Shown: piece after piece, positions 21,517 through 24,158 of the stretch
How the letters are laid out: each line of letters starts with the position of its first letter
Position numbering within the stretch: position 1 is the stretch's first letter
From: Tubiluchus corallicola
Lineage: Eukaryota > Animalia > Priapulida
Reading direction: 5' to 3'
Assembly: GCA_030141605.1 (NCBI GenBank)
Contig: JAQGDQ010001824.1
Location: 1-24,158 of the forward strand
Length of the DNA: 24,158 nt
Program-made: the position numbers and the translations under genes
The notes under the pieces: model-generated
Seen by the model: only the letters and a program-made list of their open reading frames with translations
The model's database searches: none
Told to the model about the DNA's origin: nothing

Positions 21517-22158
21517 GATTAGCTTCTGCAAACAACAGGCAATCGCAAATTGTCAAAATGTATTGTTGGTTGTTGTGCTGCAGTTCTGTCATTGTGACAC
21601 TGCTCAGATTGTCAACATGAACAATAGGGTGGCAAGATCAATGCATGATAAGATTATAAATTTCTGCCTATCTTTGTCAATTATTAATTTGGCATTGCAG
21701 TGAGACGTCAGTAGCTCGTTGATCCGTTCAATCACAATTCGTAAGCGCATTACTATAATCTGTGCATCTGCGTAAACATGTAAGTGTGCGGTCAAAGGAG
21801 TAACGACTACGTAAGATACGACACTCATGTCTTGGTTTGCTGGACAAAGGCCAGGAGACGTCGGCCCGAATTTGCCGATTGTCTGTATTTTCCGATATCC
21901 GTAAAAGCGAGGTATCAGTGCGTTTCTAAACTGTTTCCTATTGGTCGACTCCCTGACCATACTAGCAGGCATAAACTGAAATTTAGGATCATAGATACAC
22001 ACGTTTGTGGTGTGGAGCAATAGTAGTGTATTAAAATAAGGTCAACTTCCCTAGAGACTTGGCTTTTGCGTTAACGGCATGCTTTTAGGATTTCTTAAAT
22101 AAATTATTTACTATTATTTATCTATAATACATCTATGAACTGAAGTCAAGAGACTTAC

Positions 22159-22220
22159 CGTATATGTCCATTAAAAACATCGTAAAATATATTGACAATG
22201 TACAGAAAGTAAAATTACTG
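22159..22220 (-). other. Candidate 5'-UTR exon of the GPCR gene
   Basis: Branch-point-like CTAAC, TTTCTACTTTTAG|CAG acceptor, and CG|GTAAGT donor 62 nt later. Confidence 0.35.
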
Positions 22221-22455
22221 CTAAAAGTAGAAATGGTTAGTACAATATGAACACACAAGTAGCTGCAAATAAATTAAAAGTGCCGGTAAAAAGATTAAAA
22301 CTTGACTAGTACGATAAAAAATGTGTAATTGTGGTAAAAAATTTACATCTTACATCATTTATCAAATCAGGTATTTTCTAGTAAATATTTTTTTAAAAGT
22401 TTTTTAAATTTATTTATATTACTGGCTTGTTTTATTTTACTGGGTAAATGATTCA

Positions 22456-24158
22456 ACATTACAGCACCATTATACATTACAGAATGTCCACATTACAGCA
22501 CATTATACATTACAGAATGTCCACATTACAGCATCATTATACATTACAGAATGTCCACCTTGCAGCACCATTATACATGACAGAATGTCCGCATTACAGC
22601 ACCATTATACATTACAGAATGTCCACATTACAGCACCATTATACATGACAGAATGTCCACATTACAGAACCATTATACATTACAGAATGTCCACATTACA
22701 GCACCATTATACATGACAGAATGTCCACATTACAGCACCATTATACATTACAGAATGTCCACATTACAGCACCATTATACATGACAGAATGTCCACATTA
22801 CAGCACCATTATACATTACAGAATGTCCACTTCAGCACCATTATACATGACAAACAGCACCATTATACATGACAGAATGTCCACATTACAGCACCATTAT
22901 ACATGACAGAATGTCCACATTACAGCACCATTATACATGACAGAATGTCCACATTACAGCACCATTATACATGACAGAATGTCCACATTACAGCACCATT
23001 ATACATGACAGAATGTCCACATTACAGCACCATTATACATGACAGAATGTCCACATTACAGCACCATTATACATGACAGAATGTCCACATTACAGCACCA
23101 TTATACATGACAGAATGTCCACATTACAGCACCATTATACATGACAGAATGTCCACATTACAGCACCATTATACATGACAGAATGTCCACATTACAGCAC
23201 CATTATACATGACAGAATGTCCACATTACAGCACATTATACATTACAGAATGTCCACATTACAGCACCATTATAGATGACAGAATGTCCACATTACAGCA
23301 CATTATACATTACAGAATGTCCACATTACAGCACATTATACATTACAGAATGTCCACATTACAGCATCATTATACATTACAGAATGTCCACCTTGCAGCA
23401 TCATTATACATTACAGAATGTCCACATTACAGCACCATTATACATGACAGAATGTCCACATTACAGCACCATTATACATTACAGAATGTCCACTTACAGC
23501 ACCATTATACATTACAGAATGTCCAACATTACAGCACCATTATACATTACAGAATGTCACACATACACATATACATTACAGAATGTCCACATTACAGCAC
23601 ATTATACATTGTCGTCCACATTACAGCACATTATACATTACAGAATGTCCACAGCACATTATACACATTACAGAATGTACACATTACAGCATCATACATT
23701 ACAGAATGTCCACCTTGCAGCATCATTATACATTACAGAATGTCCACATTACAGCACCATTATACATTACAGAATGTCCACCTTGCAGCACCATTATACA
23801 TGACAGAATGTCCACATTACAGCATCATTATACATTACAGAATGTCCACCTTGCAGCACCATTATACATTACAGAATGTCCACATTACAGCACCATTATA
23901 CATGACAGAATGTCCACATTACAGCACATTATACATTACAGAATGTCCACATTACAGCACATTATACATTACAGAATGTCCACATTACAGCACATTATAC
24001 ATTACAGAATGTCCACATTACAGCATCATTATACATTACAGAATGTCCACCTTGCAGCACCATTATACATTACAGAATGTCCACATTACAGCACCATTAT
24101 ACATTACAGAATGTCCACATTACAGCACCATTATACATGACAGAATGTCCACATTACA
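22456..24158. repeat. 34-bp tandem array, ~50 copies, running off the window end
   Basis: Unit ACATTACAGCACCATTATACAT(G/T)ACAGAATGTCC, made of 18- and 16-bp subunits that both begin ACAT(T/G)ACAG. Confidence 0.98.

Noticed and set aside
21604-22023. 138-aa and 79-aa ORFs upstream of the GPCR
   Set aside because: No recognisable motifs, non-ATG starts, and located in an inferred intron.

Overview
Repeat-rich animal genomic DNA, probably invertebrate (the 5S-derived sequence looks mollusc/annelid-like; tentative). It is not prokaryotic, and most of the supplied ORF track is spurious translation of satellites and microsatellites. Two host genes are supported, both on the minus strand, and neither is called correctly by the ORF track. 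One is the first coding exon of a thiopurine S-methyltransferase (TPMT)-like gene (5627-5727). The other is a spliced ~350-aa class A GPCR (21516-21430 joined to 20290-19325) with non-canonical activation motifs. The window also holds four tandem arrays (78, 49, 15 and 34 bp units), long GA/CT and CAA microsatellites, a doubly truncated APE+RT LINE fragment, and several MITEs, one of them a clean hAT-type element with an 8-bp TSD. The most striking element is a ~345-bp 5S-rRNA-headed retroposon (SINE3-like, 12451-12794). It has a 13-bp TSD, an internally deleted 5S head lacking a Pol III terminator, a ~140-nt rod-like hairpin body with an alternative pairing, a 3' stem-loop and a short CAA tail. 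Parts of the satellite arrays look like low-quality consensus sequence.
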